From Eledone cirrhosa (taxonomy: Eukaryota): a DNA stretch of 64,000 nt. Below the pieces are notes generated by a model. It did no database searches. It saw only the letters and a program-made list of their open reading frames with translations, and was not told where the DNA came from. The position numbers and the translations under genes are program-made. The stretch is taken from positions 184,946,001 to 185,010,000 of the forward strand of contig OZ024743.1 of the NCBI GenBank assembly GCA_964016885.1, in the 5' to 3' direction. Shown one piece after another: positions 14,210-25,900 of this stretch (its first letter is position 1; the number at the start of each line of letters is the position of its first letter).

Positions 14210-14233
14210 ATGGCTATGGGAAGAAAAGGAAAC
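14210..14233 (+). CDS. SF3B6: Splicing factor 3B subunit 6 (p14), coding exon 1: MAMGRKGN
   Basis: caacATGG start, donor GTAAGT at 14234, phase 0 join to exon 2; resembles the animal SF3B6 N-terminus (MAM..KR.N). Confidence 0.85.
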
Positions 14234-14568
14234 GTAAGTTTTTAGTAATATACTTATTTATAATCTGTCTGTGGAATATTAATTAGTGTATTTAATATAT
14301 TTTGATAGTTATGTATAATTTTTGTAATGTTTTTTCAAACCAACTTTTAGTCCGAATAGTTTTTCAAGCATCTTCGCTTGTAATGACCTCACTCACATTT
14401 CGAATGTTGTATCTATAATTTAATTTGGCAATCAAATTATATAAAAATAAATGTACTGTTTTTGTTGGTATATAAGGTAATTTATTCAAATTGTTATTGT
14501 TTGGTTGTCTCTTCTTGAAAAGAAAGAGGGTGAAAGGGGGGGATGAAATATTAGAAAATTGGGTATTA

Positions 14569-15396
14569 TTATAGAATACCCCACTCAATTTCAGTGAGAA
14601 AAACTCTTTCCTCGTGTTTTTCGTGTGCTATCAACTAAACTAACATCCAAGATTCTGACAATTAATCCCCCCCCCTCTTCCTCGGAGTTTTACCTACGGA
14701 TTTTATTGTTCGTGTGTTATCAACCAATATGACCACTAAACCAGTTGGAAACTACTAGATTTGTAGAAAAGAAAGGTTAGAGTTAGGATTAGGGTTTCCA
14801 TTTTCCGGGGGGAAAAAAAGTCGATTGCAAGCATCTAAGACAGGTCCCCAACTACTGGCCGCTGGATCATTTACTATCGGGCAGCAAAGAAATAATTAAC
14901 TTGTTTAAATTATATAACAGATAAATTAAATATTGGACTTTAATTTTAAAAGATTTGTTTAAATATTTAATATTCATGTACTTTAATAAATTGCTCTCTT
15001 TATCGAAAAGCACTTTAATAACACATATGTGCAACTACCGGCCCGCGGAAAGATTGTCCGACATGAAGCCGGTCCGTGATATAAAAAAAAGGTCGGAGAC
15101 GACTGATCTAAGAGGAAAAAAAAAGGAAAAGATAATTATTTCTTACCAAACGTGAGAAGTGTGTAGATCTGCGAAACTCCGATGTTCTTTTCGCACACTT
15201 TCACCCTACTTTTTCTACAAATCTAGTCGTTTCCGACTCGTTGATAACACAGGAAAACAAGTTATAGGGAAAACTCCGAGGAGAGAGAACCCATTCCACC
15301 CCCTCTGTTCTCCGGAAAAGTCGATTGGAAGTTAGATTAGTTGATAGCACACGAAAAAGAAAATTTGCCACTGAAATCTAGTGTGGTATTCTATAA
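14569..15396. mobile_element. Foldback-like element with ~200-bp imperfect terminal inverted repeats in SF3B6 intron 1
   Basis: ttatagaatacc...ttttcgtgtgctatcaactaa...ctcctcggagtttt...ctagatttgtagaaaa on the left is mirrored by ttttctacaaatctag...aaaactccgagga...ttagttgatagcacacgaaaa...ggtattctataa on the right. Confidence 0.75.
14841..15105. mobile_element. hAT (Charlie-like) MITE nested in the foldback element
   Basis: Perfect 8-bp TSD atctaaga (14833-14840 and 15106-15113); TIRs caggtccccaac / ggtcggagacgactg; subterminal cggcccgc motifs. Confidence 0.85.
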
Positions 15397-15689
15397 ATTT
15401 AAATGTATATTGTTTTCAAGAAATGGTGTGTTTATCTTATTGGCATTATGTGATTGGTGTAAGCATTTTTTCGTCTTTACTTTTCAATACTGTTTGCTAT
15501 CAACTGTATTTTACAAACAAAAGTTCTACAATGATGGAAAATATTAAAAAATAATAAAAACAAAATTAAGTAATGAAAAAAAGAGGGAAGAAGTAAAGAA
15601 GGGCAGAACTGGCTGTAAAGGAAAGTACTATAAATGCCATAAATGAGAAGAAAAGGTGGGGGTGACAGACTCTACACCTAGGTTGGGGC

Positions 15690-15870
15690 CATGTTTTGGT
15701 TGCCCCCTGCAGACAAAACTGCAAAGGCATTTCCCCAGACAATAGCCAGCGACACACGCAACCTCATGGAGCTCCTTCATCAGATAGGCTGTTGACGTTC
15801 TGATTTTATAGAGCAGCTCAACTATATGGGGTCTGAAGATGCCTGAGGTTCGACAGCAGCTGGACAAGCC
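15690..15870 (-). mobile_element. Degraded 3' fragment of the CRE-like retrotransposon
   Basis: gcaaaggcatttccccagacaatagccagcgacac resembles gagaaggcgtttccccagaggatggtaagggagatgc at 57466. Confidence 0.5.
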
Positions 15871-15947
15871 CTTGTATTTTGCTTGTCTTTCATTGCAGGC
15901 TTAAAATATGTTTCCTTTATTGGTTTAATTTGTGGATGTCATTTTAG

Positions 15948-16066
15948 GTGCGGCTGCCGCCGGAGGTGAATCGGATATTATATGTTCGAAATTTACCATA
16001 TAAAATCACAACTGAAGAAATGTACGATATATTTGGAAAATATGGAGCTATACGACAAATTAGACT
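15948..16066 (+). CDS. SF3B6: SF3B6 coding exon 2: [39 protein letters not shown]+CT
   Basis: ttttag acceptor, GTAAGT donor, 119 nt; translation is near-identical to the known SF3B6/p14 RRM N-terminal half. Confidence 0.98.
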
Positions 16067-17287
16067 GTAAGTACTTGTCTTTGTCAGGTTTTTTTTTCTT
16101 CTTTTTTTATTGCAAAGAAAACATGATCTGGTTGACATGAAAAAAGGACTGTTAAAAATCTGGTAAAATGATATACTGGAAGAAGATTTACAGAGCTAAA
16201 GATTGATCTATGGATAGAAGTTGATTCATAAGCTATTTCCTTCTTTGTCTTGTTTTTAGCATAAACTATGATATTCATTTTTTATAATTTGTTATCTGAC
16301 TTTTAAAAATAATTTAGGTTTAACTCTTAGTCTTCTTTGTCACATGAAATTGCATAAACAAAACATTCTTGAAAAGTACAGAACACCATTATGACTGCAT
16401 CACATTGAAGATTAGTCTTTTGTATATTGCAGATTTTCATAATGATCTTTCCACTAGTAAAGAGACTATAAACATTTGAAATAACAACCCCACATTTAGA
16501 TATTTTCTGCTAAATCATTACAGAGTGTTTTAGAGTTAAAGCTCATAATTTTCATCTCCTAAGTGTCCTACAATGGTATAATGAATGTAAATGTTAATTA
16601 TTAGGTGCTACAGTTTATTTGGTGTGAGTGAGTTCAATCCCTGCATTAGTGTTTATATATACTCAAGTTTGAGCAGAACTAGCAAGTGTCATCACAAATA
16701 TGAAGATATCTCAGACATAGACTGCAAGATGCTAATAGTCTTCTCCCGTGGTTTGAAATTCCAAAGATGTTACCGAACATTGTAAGCACCTGAATAAAGC
16801 TGGAGGTTACAGTGGCCAAAATGTTATGATTATAACAACCATTATGGAGACATTATTCTGAATAAACAGTGTATTATGTTAATTCTTCATTTCAGAAATA
16901 TGTTTGTCTGGATTGGATGAGAGGGAGAGTGTTCTGGGGCACAGTTGATGTGTTTAGAGGTGGGTTAGCACATATCAGAATTGAAGCTTGCAGGAAAAGG
17001 GAACTATGCCCCTCACATGTCAAGATGTTTTTCTCCTTTTTAATATTTTTGTTTCATTGGAAGATCAACAGATGTGGCCTGTGCTGATGTGAAGGGCTAT
17101 ATTTTTTCATCATCATCACCGTTTTATATCTGTCTTCCATGCTTTGACAGGTTAGACAGGTGGTCACGTTCTAAGGCCAGATATAGTTGACAGCATCTTG
17201 CTCATGTTCCATTTTGGCATGGTTTCTATGACTGGATACTCTTATTTATATTTATGTATGCCATGACTGCCAAAAGGTGGACTGGAT

Positions 17288-17324
<37 letters not shown>

Positions 17325-17519
17325 TGTGGCACTAGCACTATCATTTTACAGTAAACTGGTGGCATTTTTTTTATTATGTTTTATTTTGTCAACAAGCCTT
17401 TGTGCAGCTGCTGAACATGCTAGCTATAGCAACCAAATCTCTGATATCTATTGTTATAAAAAGGCATTAGGTAGTTCTTTATTCTGAAATAATACACTCA
17501 AAGGGAGGCCACAACTTAA

Positions 17520-19438
17520 CCCTTTTGATATCAAACCACACCTGGTTCTACAACAAAAATATACTGTTTTAAAGTTTATATTGATCTAAAATCCTTCCAT
17601 CATACATTTATGTAAAGACTTCTGTTAAATTATGCTCTAAACACCAGCTTAATAATGAGAAAGTCAGTTACACTAATAAATCACTTCAAATTCTTGATTA
17701 CTTGTAAATCATAGTGTTTTTTATTAGAAATCATCATCATCATCACCGTTTTACGTCCGTTCTTCCATGCTAGCATGGGTTAGGCGGTTTGTCCTGTTGT
17801 GGGCAGTGTCTGGTCGGCTGACCATGCCTTGCTCATACAGGAACTGATTTTGGCTTTATTTCTACAGCTGGATGCCCTTCCTAACACCAACCTCATTTAC
17901 AGTGAGTGCTGGGTGCTTTTTCGTGGCGCCTACACGTCCACTTTACAGTGTGGGCTGGGTGCTTTTTTGCCGTGGCACCTCCACGACCACCTTGCAGTGG
18001 GAGGGTGTGAGGGCATATTGTCTATATGCTTCAGCTTGTACCCATGGGAGGTCGGGTACTCTGTATTACTGCGTGATGCCAGAGGTCACGGTCATGTGTC
18101 ATCGCCTTTGAGAGGTGTAATTGGGTAAGGTCGGCTTTTATCACCTCATCCCAGGTCTTCTTGGGTCTCCCCCACTCCGCGGTTTCCATTGACTTCTAGT
18201 GCTTTGCACCTTTTTATGCAGCTGTCATCCTTCATACGCATCACATGTCCATACCAACGCAACCGCCTCTCCTGCACACAGCATTTGATTCCTCTTATGC
18301 TCAGTCTCTCTCTCAATTCATTTATGCTTTGTCGTTCGCGTATATTACTATTACACATCCATCGGAGCATGCAGGCTTCGTTTCTTTCTAATCTACGTAA
18401 GTCTTCCACCTTCAGCGTCCAGGTCTCACTACCATGTAACATTGCTGTTCGGATACACGCATCATACAGTCTGCCTTTCATTTTGAGGGAGAAGCTTTTT
18501 GCAGCTAGCAGTGGCAGTAGTTCCCTGAACTTCTTCCATCCCGTTCTTACCCTAGTTATTGTACTTTCTGAACACTCACCTCCGCTGCTAATTCAGTCAT
18601 CTAGGTAGCAGAAGCTGTCTACTGTTTCTAAAGAGCCCTCCCAGAGATTGGTGGTACTTGTTTCCTGTGGCTGTTTGCTGCTTGTTGTCCCAGCACAGCT
18701 GCTGCATGTGAAGCCTACATTCTACATCTCTTGTGTACCCATTGTTTGCATTTGGGGCAGAGAATGGAGTTCCTACCTACACCTTTCCTACATACTGAGC
18801 AAGGCCATTTCCCTGGGGGGGATCTGGGTTCTGTTTTCTCGTCTACTTACAAGGACCTTAGTCTTTGAGACCCTTTCTTTCTAGTCCCTGCTTCCAAGTT
18901 TGGAATTTCTTCTCTAGTTCTAACATAGATTCAGCTATAAGTGCGAGGTCATCAGCATACAGGAGTTCCCATGGGCATCCGGTCTTAAACTCCTCCGTTA
19001 TTGCCTGCAGGACTATGATGAACAGGAGAGGGCTAAGAGCAGAGCCCTGGTGGACACCAACCTGTACGCTAAATTCCTCGCTATACTCATTGCTAATCCT
19101 AACTTTGTTGACTGCTCCCCTATACATGGCTTGTACAGCTTTCACAAGCCATTCATCTACTCTAGTTTTCTAAGAGCCCACCATATTACAGCACGTGGAA
19201 CTCTGTCAAAGGCTTTCTCGAGATCGACGAATGCCAGGTAGAGTGGTTTACTTTTAGCTAGGTACTTTTCCTGTAACTGCCTCACAAGGAAGAGGACATC
19301 AGTGGTGCCTCTTCCTGGTACAAACCCAAATTGCATCTCATCTATTTTCACCCGGTCCCTAATCAACTGTGCTATAACTCTTTCTGTTACTTTCATGACC
19401 TTGTCCATCAGCTTTATACCTCTATGGTGACAAAAGGG
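17520..19438. mobile_element. piggyBac-like MITE family 1 (TTAA|CCCTTTTG...CAAAAGGG|TTAA), split by an RTE insertion
   Basis: TTAA at 17516-17519 and 19439-19442. Removing the RTE restores ttagaaa|tatggtgacaaaagggttaa as in other copies (near 4390-4632, 9470-9622, 27960-28197, 32030-32350, 39050-39179, 51860-52122). Confidence 0.75.
17731..19424 (-). mobile_element. 5'-truncated RTE-clade LINE, frameshifted reverse transcriptase
   Basis: RT motifs QFGFVPGRGTTD, FVDLEKAFDRVP, GVHQGSALSPLLF, LLYADDL, HGSETW, RRLRWYGHVMR; (GAT)n tail at 17731. Confidence 0.95.
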
Positions 19439-19604
19439 TTAAACATCTGAAACAATGGAAAAAGTCAACATTAACATAACAATCTTGTTTTATTATCTAT
19501 TTTTTTGCTCTCAAACTTTACCAAACACCTTTTCTTTATCTTTACTTTCAGTTCTGCTAATAGCATTTGGAACTGTTATAACTAAAAGCCACAGTACATT
19601 ACTA

Positions 19605-20848
19605 CACGTCATTTTAATGTCCGCATTCTCTGCTAGTAAGGGTTGGACGATTCTACATAAACCGAGTCTACTGAAGCGGAGCTACTGATCTCCCAGACAG
19701 GCCAGGTCACATTGTATGCTGCGGGTTGGGTAGTCTTCAGTACCACACAGTGCCAGTCCTTAGTCATTTCTGTTGTGAGGTTTAGTTTTTTTAAGGTCAG
19801 TCTTCATAACCTCATTTCTTGTCTTCCTGAGCCTGCCTCTCCCACAGGTCCCAGCCACTGAGGTTTCTCTGCATTTTTGTATGCAGCTACTATCTTCCAT
19901 ATGCATCACATATCCATAACAACAAAGTCTTCTCTCTTGCACACTACATCCAATTCCTCTTATGCCAAGTTTTTTCCTCAGTTTGCTTATGCTATGTACA
20001 CTAACATTACTCATCCATTGGAGCATACTCGATTTGTTTATTTCTAGCCTCCTTGAGTCTTCTCTGGTCAAAGCCCATGTTTCACTGCCTATCATACAGT
20101 CTACCCTTCACTCTGAGAGAAAAGCCCTTTGTTGTCAGCAGCTCTCTAAACTTTTTCCAGCCTATTCATATCCTAGCTATCACACTTTTGGTGCATCCTC
20201 CCCCACTGCTAATTTGATCGCTTAGGTTACAAAAGCTGTCAACTACTTTTAAGGAGCCTCCCTGGCAACTGAAGGGATCTGTATTATGTATGCTCTTAAT
20301 GCTTACTTCTGCACGTCTGCCATATATAAAGTCTATCTTTTCTGTTAGCCTGTCTACTATCCCACTACATCTCTTTTGTGTCCATAAACTACACTGTGTG
20401 TACTTTATAGAATTTCTGCCCACTTTTTTTCTGACATATCGAACAAGGCCACTTTCCTGATGGTATCATCCTCCTGTCTTCTTTCCTACTTATTAAAACT
20501 TTTGTCTTTTCAACTCTAGGTTCTTCCTCTATCCTATGGATTCATTTATGAGGACTAAGTCATCAGCATATAGGAGCTCCCATAGAGTTCCAGATTTAAA
20601 CTTCTCAGTTGTTGCCTGAGGGACAATGATGAACAAGTAAACTGAGGACTGAGCTCTGGTGGACTCCCACCTGCACATCAAATTCATCACTCTACTCATT
20701 GCCAACAATCACTTTGCTGGTTGTCCTCTATACATGGCCTGCACAGCCCTCACGCGCCATCCATCTACATGTAGCTACCTAAGTAACCACCAGATTATAG
20801 TATGTGGAACCCTGTCAAAGGCCTTCTCCATAGCTACAAATGCTAGAG
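19605..20848 (-). mobile_element. Older degraded RTE LINE copy
   Basis: GSETW..., RRLCCYGYVMH, GRGR.RKT in ORF 19760-20095; EKAFDRVP-like sequence near 20800-20835. Confidence 0.85.
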
Positions 20849-22704
20849 CCTGGAGAGAGGCTGAAGAAAGAAAATTTTCCAATGTCCTGAGACGTGAAGT
20901 GTTCAGCATTGCAAGACAGTGTGTCAGTGTAAGTCATGATGTTGTTGGGGAAAAGCGTATTAGAAATGACACTGGTTCACTGCTCAAAAGAAAGAGGCCT
21001 GGAAATGTTACTATGAGAGATTGATGAATATAGAGAATGAATAGGAGGAAAAGAAACTACCCGCAACAGAAGGACCAGCTATTGAAGTTAACAGTTATAG
21101 GGTCAAAGAGATGAAAAATGGTAAAGCTGGGGGACCATCAGAGATAGTTGCTGAGATGCTAAAAGCATTGGGAGAAGTAGGAGTTGAACTAGTAACCTGC
21201 ATATTCAATCAGGTAATACAGGACGGTATCATACCCAATGACTGGTGCAACAATACAATTGCTCTAATAATAATAATAAAATTGTGTACAGTGCTCAGGT
21301 GCACTACAACTCATCAAAGGTGCATGTATAGTACATAGAATAATGTTCAAATTTCAGGAAAATGAACAGTGTATGAGTTATGATATATGTGTCGTGTGTA
21401 TGGAGAAGGGATATCAGGTATAGTGTTGGCAAATTTCAGGAAGCGTGGATGTTTTAAAAGATGCAGAGTCTCGGCAGCTAACAACTGATGCACATAGTTT
21501 GTTCCCTGCTTCAGCAACTCTGAGCATGAAAAAATGTTTCCGAAAGTCATGGGAGCTGTGCTGTTTTCTGAATTTGTAGGCATGCCTACATGTGTTAGAG
21601 ACATGAAAATTAAAAAGGTGCTCAGGGTTGTTGTTGGCAAGATGGTTAATAATTTTGTGGGTGTTTACCAAGTTAGTTGCCAGATTAGCTTCAATGTATC
21701 CATGCCCAGGGAAGCAAGGCATTCAGAGTATGGTAGATGCCTGATGGAGGGTATTCGCTTGGTTGCACATCACTGAACAGTTTCCAGAAAGGAGCAACTA
21801 TAGAGGAATAAAACTAATGGATTAAGTTATGAAAGTAATGGTAAGAGTTATAGCGCAACTAATTAGGGAAATAGTCAAATTATATGATATGCAGTTTGGT
21901 TTCATGCTTGGGAAAAGTACTACAGATGCCCCTCTTTCTATTGAGGCAATTACAAGAGAAGTTCCTAGCCAAGAATAAGCCACTGTATTTAGCTTTTGTT
22001 GATCTAGAAAAGGCTTTTGACAGAGTACCTCAATCTATTATCTGGTGGTTCTTAAGGAAATTAGGTATAGAAGAATGGCTTGCGAGAGCTGTGCAAGCCA
22101 TGTACAGCATAGCTGTCAGTAAAGTGAGAGTAGGAAGTGTTTAATGAGGAATTCAAGGTTCAGCTCTTAGCCAACTGCTGTTCATTATAGTTCTCCAGGC
22201 CATAACAGAGGGGTTGAAACTAGTTTTCCATGGGTATTTCTCTATGCAGATGATTTGGTGCTTATAGTTGAATCCATAAAAGAATTAGAAAATAAGTTCC
22301 GACTATAGAAACGGAATTTGGAATCAAAAGGTCTAAGAGTAAATTTAGCCAAAACTGAAGTGCTAGTGAGTAGGAAGGAAGATAAGACCCTGATCCCTTC
22401 ATGGAAGTGACCTTGCTCCATATGTAGAAAAGGAGTAGGCATAAACTCCATACGGAGAGAAGACTGCATTGGTACGGACATGTGGTGTGCATGGATGATT
22501 GATGGGTGAAGAAGTGGAAGGAAGCTGCAGTAGAGGTAGATCAAGAAAGACCTGGGCAGAGGTTGTGAGAGCTGACCTCAAATCGCTGAGACTCACAGAG
22601 GAGATTGTGAAGAAAAGTGGTAAGTGGAAAGATATTGTGCTGAAAAGGGCCTGTCCAACCCATGCAGACGTGGAAAGATGGGTGTAAAAATGATGATCAT
22701 GATA
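20849..22704 (+). mobile_element. Degraded RTE LINE copy interrupted by a CR1 fragment
   Basis: MKNGKAGGPSEIVAEMLK, RQLQEKFLAKNKPLYLAFVDLEKAFDRVP, LYADDL, RGRSRKTWAEVV, GAT-like tail. Confidence 0.9.
21266..21787 (-). mobile_element. CR1-clade LINE 3' fragment
   Basis: C-terminal motif NTCRHAYKFRKQ...RKHFFMLRVAEAGNKL (CR1 TRGH..K...FF..RV...WN.LP) and an (ATT)n tail; the RTE frame resumes on both sides. Confidence 0.85.
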
Positions 22705-23214
22705 TGGAGAACTTTTTTTTCAATCATCTGTAGCTAAATAATCATTATTGTGGTTTCTCTGCAGCAGCTGTCATAAATTATATTATTCTATTGTTTACTC
22801 TTGTTAATCTGATATCCAGTAGAATATTGTTTTAATAATAATGATTCTATTGATTTTTTTCTTATAAACTATAAAAAATGTGCTTACTATGAGAATATAC
22901 ACTATTACTTACTGTAAAACTAAAGTGAAAGTTCATTATTAAAGACAGTATGTATATACACAAGAGTATTGGGGACAATTAACATTGATTCATTTTTTAT
23001 GTAAGAACTATTGAGTTGTTTCAAAACCAGGTTAATGCTGAGAAAGTTATATTACCAGATTCCTTTAAATACTTGATTATTTTCAAAATGATTTGAAAAC
23101 TATATGCAGTGTTTTTCATTAGTAATATGATAAACGATTTAACTGTATTTCTGTTAAGTTACTCTTTAGATTTTAATCAAATTATATTTATGACTCTGGC
23201 TGTCTGACATCTGC

Positions 23215-24140
23215 ATTGAATGGTTTCGATTTAGTGTAAGGGAGAGTATTGTCACCTCTCCTGTTCACAATCTTCATAGTCAGGATTGACATGCGCAGCT
23301 GTGTTGGAAGTGGTATCACGACTTGCAAATGTAGGGTCAGTTGGCTGAAATTTGCAGACGACATGGTATTACTTAACTCATCAGAAGGTGATTTCTGACA
23401 TGCACTTGATGGGTTTGATACCAATTACTGCACGATTGGAATGAAAATCAGTCCTGCAAAAACAGACACTCATCCTCTCAAGGAAGCCTGTGCAGTGCAC
23501 TGTATATGTGGAGTTCCACTGAAGCAGGTGGAGGAGTTCTTGGAGCCATGTTTACGAATGATGGAAGGCAAGAGACTGAATTAAGTGCAAAAATTGCAGA
23601 AGCTGGCGCAGTAATGCACCAACTTCAGCATTTGGTAATCAGAAGAAGGGCGGTAGGTCTAAAAGCCTAACTTGCTATCTTCAATTCGGTATTCATGCTA
23701 ACCCTTACCTTTGGTCATGGATCTTAGGTAATAACTGAAAGAATACGATCGCAAATACAAGTGACCGAAATGGGGTTCCTCCAAAGGGTCTTTGGATAAC
23801 GTTACTTGATAGAATGCATAACTCGGAGATCAGAAAGTCGCTCCAGGTAGAGTTGCTACTTCTCCAAATTGAGAGATCATAGCTCCGATATTACAAGCTT
23901 GGAGTTGGAATATCTCAAGAAAGAATTATTAGAAAGATTTTAAAGGCAAAACCGATCAACAGGAGACCCAAAGGTAGACTCCGAAAAAGATGGTTGAATA
24001 ACGTCAATGAGCTCAGCTGGTCTTGCTTGGGGATCCAACGAGATCAATTGAAGATGGTTGCTTTTGACAGGATCCGCTAAAAGGAGTATTTGAGGACTTT
24101 CCTCATGACCTTCCCTGGAATAAGTGGGCAAAGAAAAAAG
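23215..24140 (+). mobile_element. Second RTE-clade LINE family (Rex3/Expander-like), degraded RT and C-terminus
   Basis: Reads FADDMVLL, GMKISPAKT, LKQVEEF, VITERIRSQIQVTEMGFLQRV, LLLQIERS.LR with stops and frameshifts; related 3' pieces near 24835-24935, 50095-50362 and 62680-63015. Confidence 0.8.
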
Positions 24141-25144
24141 AGACTTTCTTGACTGTTTAGATATTACTAATTGCTGTCTATATCCTGTTTAAGTATACCA
24201 TATTGCTGCATGTTGTAAGAGGTGATTAAAAGGGCTGAGTCCAGGGAAGGCATCCAGTAGTAAAATATTACCTCAAGAAGTCCTCTATGATGAGTATGAT
24301 GTTTTTCATTGGGCCTAGAAGGCTAACTTGTGCCAGGCAGGAAAAATGTCCTTGTTGATTATATCCCATAAATTAGCAGTTTGGACAAATGAATACTGGT
24401 AAATTAAGTATCAGATGGAAATTAATGCTGGGGTCAATATGATAAACTAAAACCCTTTACGGTGCTGCCCCACCAAAGTCATTGTACAGTGACTGGAACA
24501 TAAAAGAATATATGTAAAAACAGGTTTAGTGTTTGTTTCGTTGTAAATCTTGGTTTAAAACAAATTTAGCAAAGAAAGACTGTAATATTACACTTTCCAA
24601 GTAGAATTGTACCCGTCATTAATTCCAGTGTTACTCAAATATGTATCTTTACCATTTTAATTGATATATTGATTCAGCTAAAAACTTAAGATATTCAATG
24701 GCAGCTGTTTAACTTGTCATTAAATATATTAAAACAGATGTCATTTATCAACCATGATTCAAAACTACGAAAGTAAAGGATAAAAAATTATCATTTATAC
24801 ATGGATATATCTCGAGCAAGGATATATCTCATACATCTATGAGCTTGGCTGGTCTTGCTTGAAGATGGTTGATTCTGACAGGACCTGCAGGAAGGACTCA
24901 TCCCCCATGATCTTCCCAAGAATAAGTGGGCAAAAAATGATCATTTCTTATCCTTGACTTTCTTACAATTTTGAATTTGAAATGCTCTGCTACCTGAACT
25001 GCCCTTAACAACAGGATGTCTTAACTGCCAATATCTTAATCGTCCTGTTTTTACTCCAGAGAGACAGATGACAGTAAGGTGCATTGAACTTATCTCATCT
25101 TGCTTAAGAAAATAGTGAAGTATAACCACATATATTTTATATTA

Positions 25145-25470
25145 GTGGTTAGTGGTTAGAGCATTGGCCTTGCAGTCGAAAGGTTGTGAGTTCAATTCTC
25201 AGACTGGGTGATGTGTTGTTTCCTTGAGCAAGACACTTTATTTCACGTTGCTCCAGTTTACTCAGCTGTAGAAATGAGATGATAGGGTCTGGGGTCCATA
25301 TCATTCCACTGCAAAGTGGTCGTGGAGGTGCCACGGCAAAAAAGCACCCAGCACTCACTGTAAATGAGGTTGGTGTTAGGAAGGGCATCCAGCTGTAGAA
25401 ATCAAGCCAGAATCAGTTCCCGTCCCACCCTTGCAAGCAGGGAAAAGCGGATGTAAAATGAAATGATGAT
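25145..25470 (+). mobile_element. tRNA-derived SINE family B with an RTE-derived 3' tail
   Basis: tagtggttagagc (A box), gagttcaattc (B box), central ccttgagcaagacactttatttcac...ctccagtt.actcagctg, then a tail matching the RTE 3' UTR. Confidence 0.85.
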
Positions 25471-25900
25471 ATATATATAAAATTAAATTTGCTAAGGTAA
25501 AATCTAACGTTATCTTGGCACCTTTAATTTTCTAATGCATTATATGGCTTTTAAAATTATTTAAATTTATATTTCCTATTCAACAATGCTTCAAGCAAAC
25601 TATAACACTCTGTTATATATATCATCATCATCGTTTAATGCCTATCTTCCACACTAGTATATGTTTGACAGATTTGTCCCATATGAGGCTAGTTGGATGA
25701 CCGTGTCTCACTCTTATAGGACTGTTTCTGGCTGGATGCCCTTCCTAACGCCAACCACATTTACAGTGTGCACTGGGTGCTTTTTGCCATGTCTCCTACA
25801 CAACCACTTTACAGTGTGGACTGGGTGCTTTTTGTCGTGACACCTACACGAATACTTTAGTGTGGCTGGATATTTTGTTGTACCAACATAACTTTATATA

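Noticed and set aside
14776-14797. ggttagagttaggattagggtt, telomere-like
   Set aside because: Only one exact TTAGGG, inside a transposon-like element; not an interstitial telomere array.
16600-16870. Possible Penelope-like terminal repeat with a degenerate hammerhead (cacctgaataaagctgg...ggccaaaatgtt)
   Set aside because: The catalytic core motifs are mutated and there is no coding remnant to support the family call.
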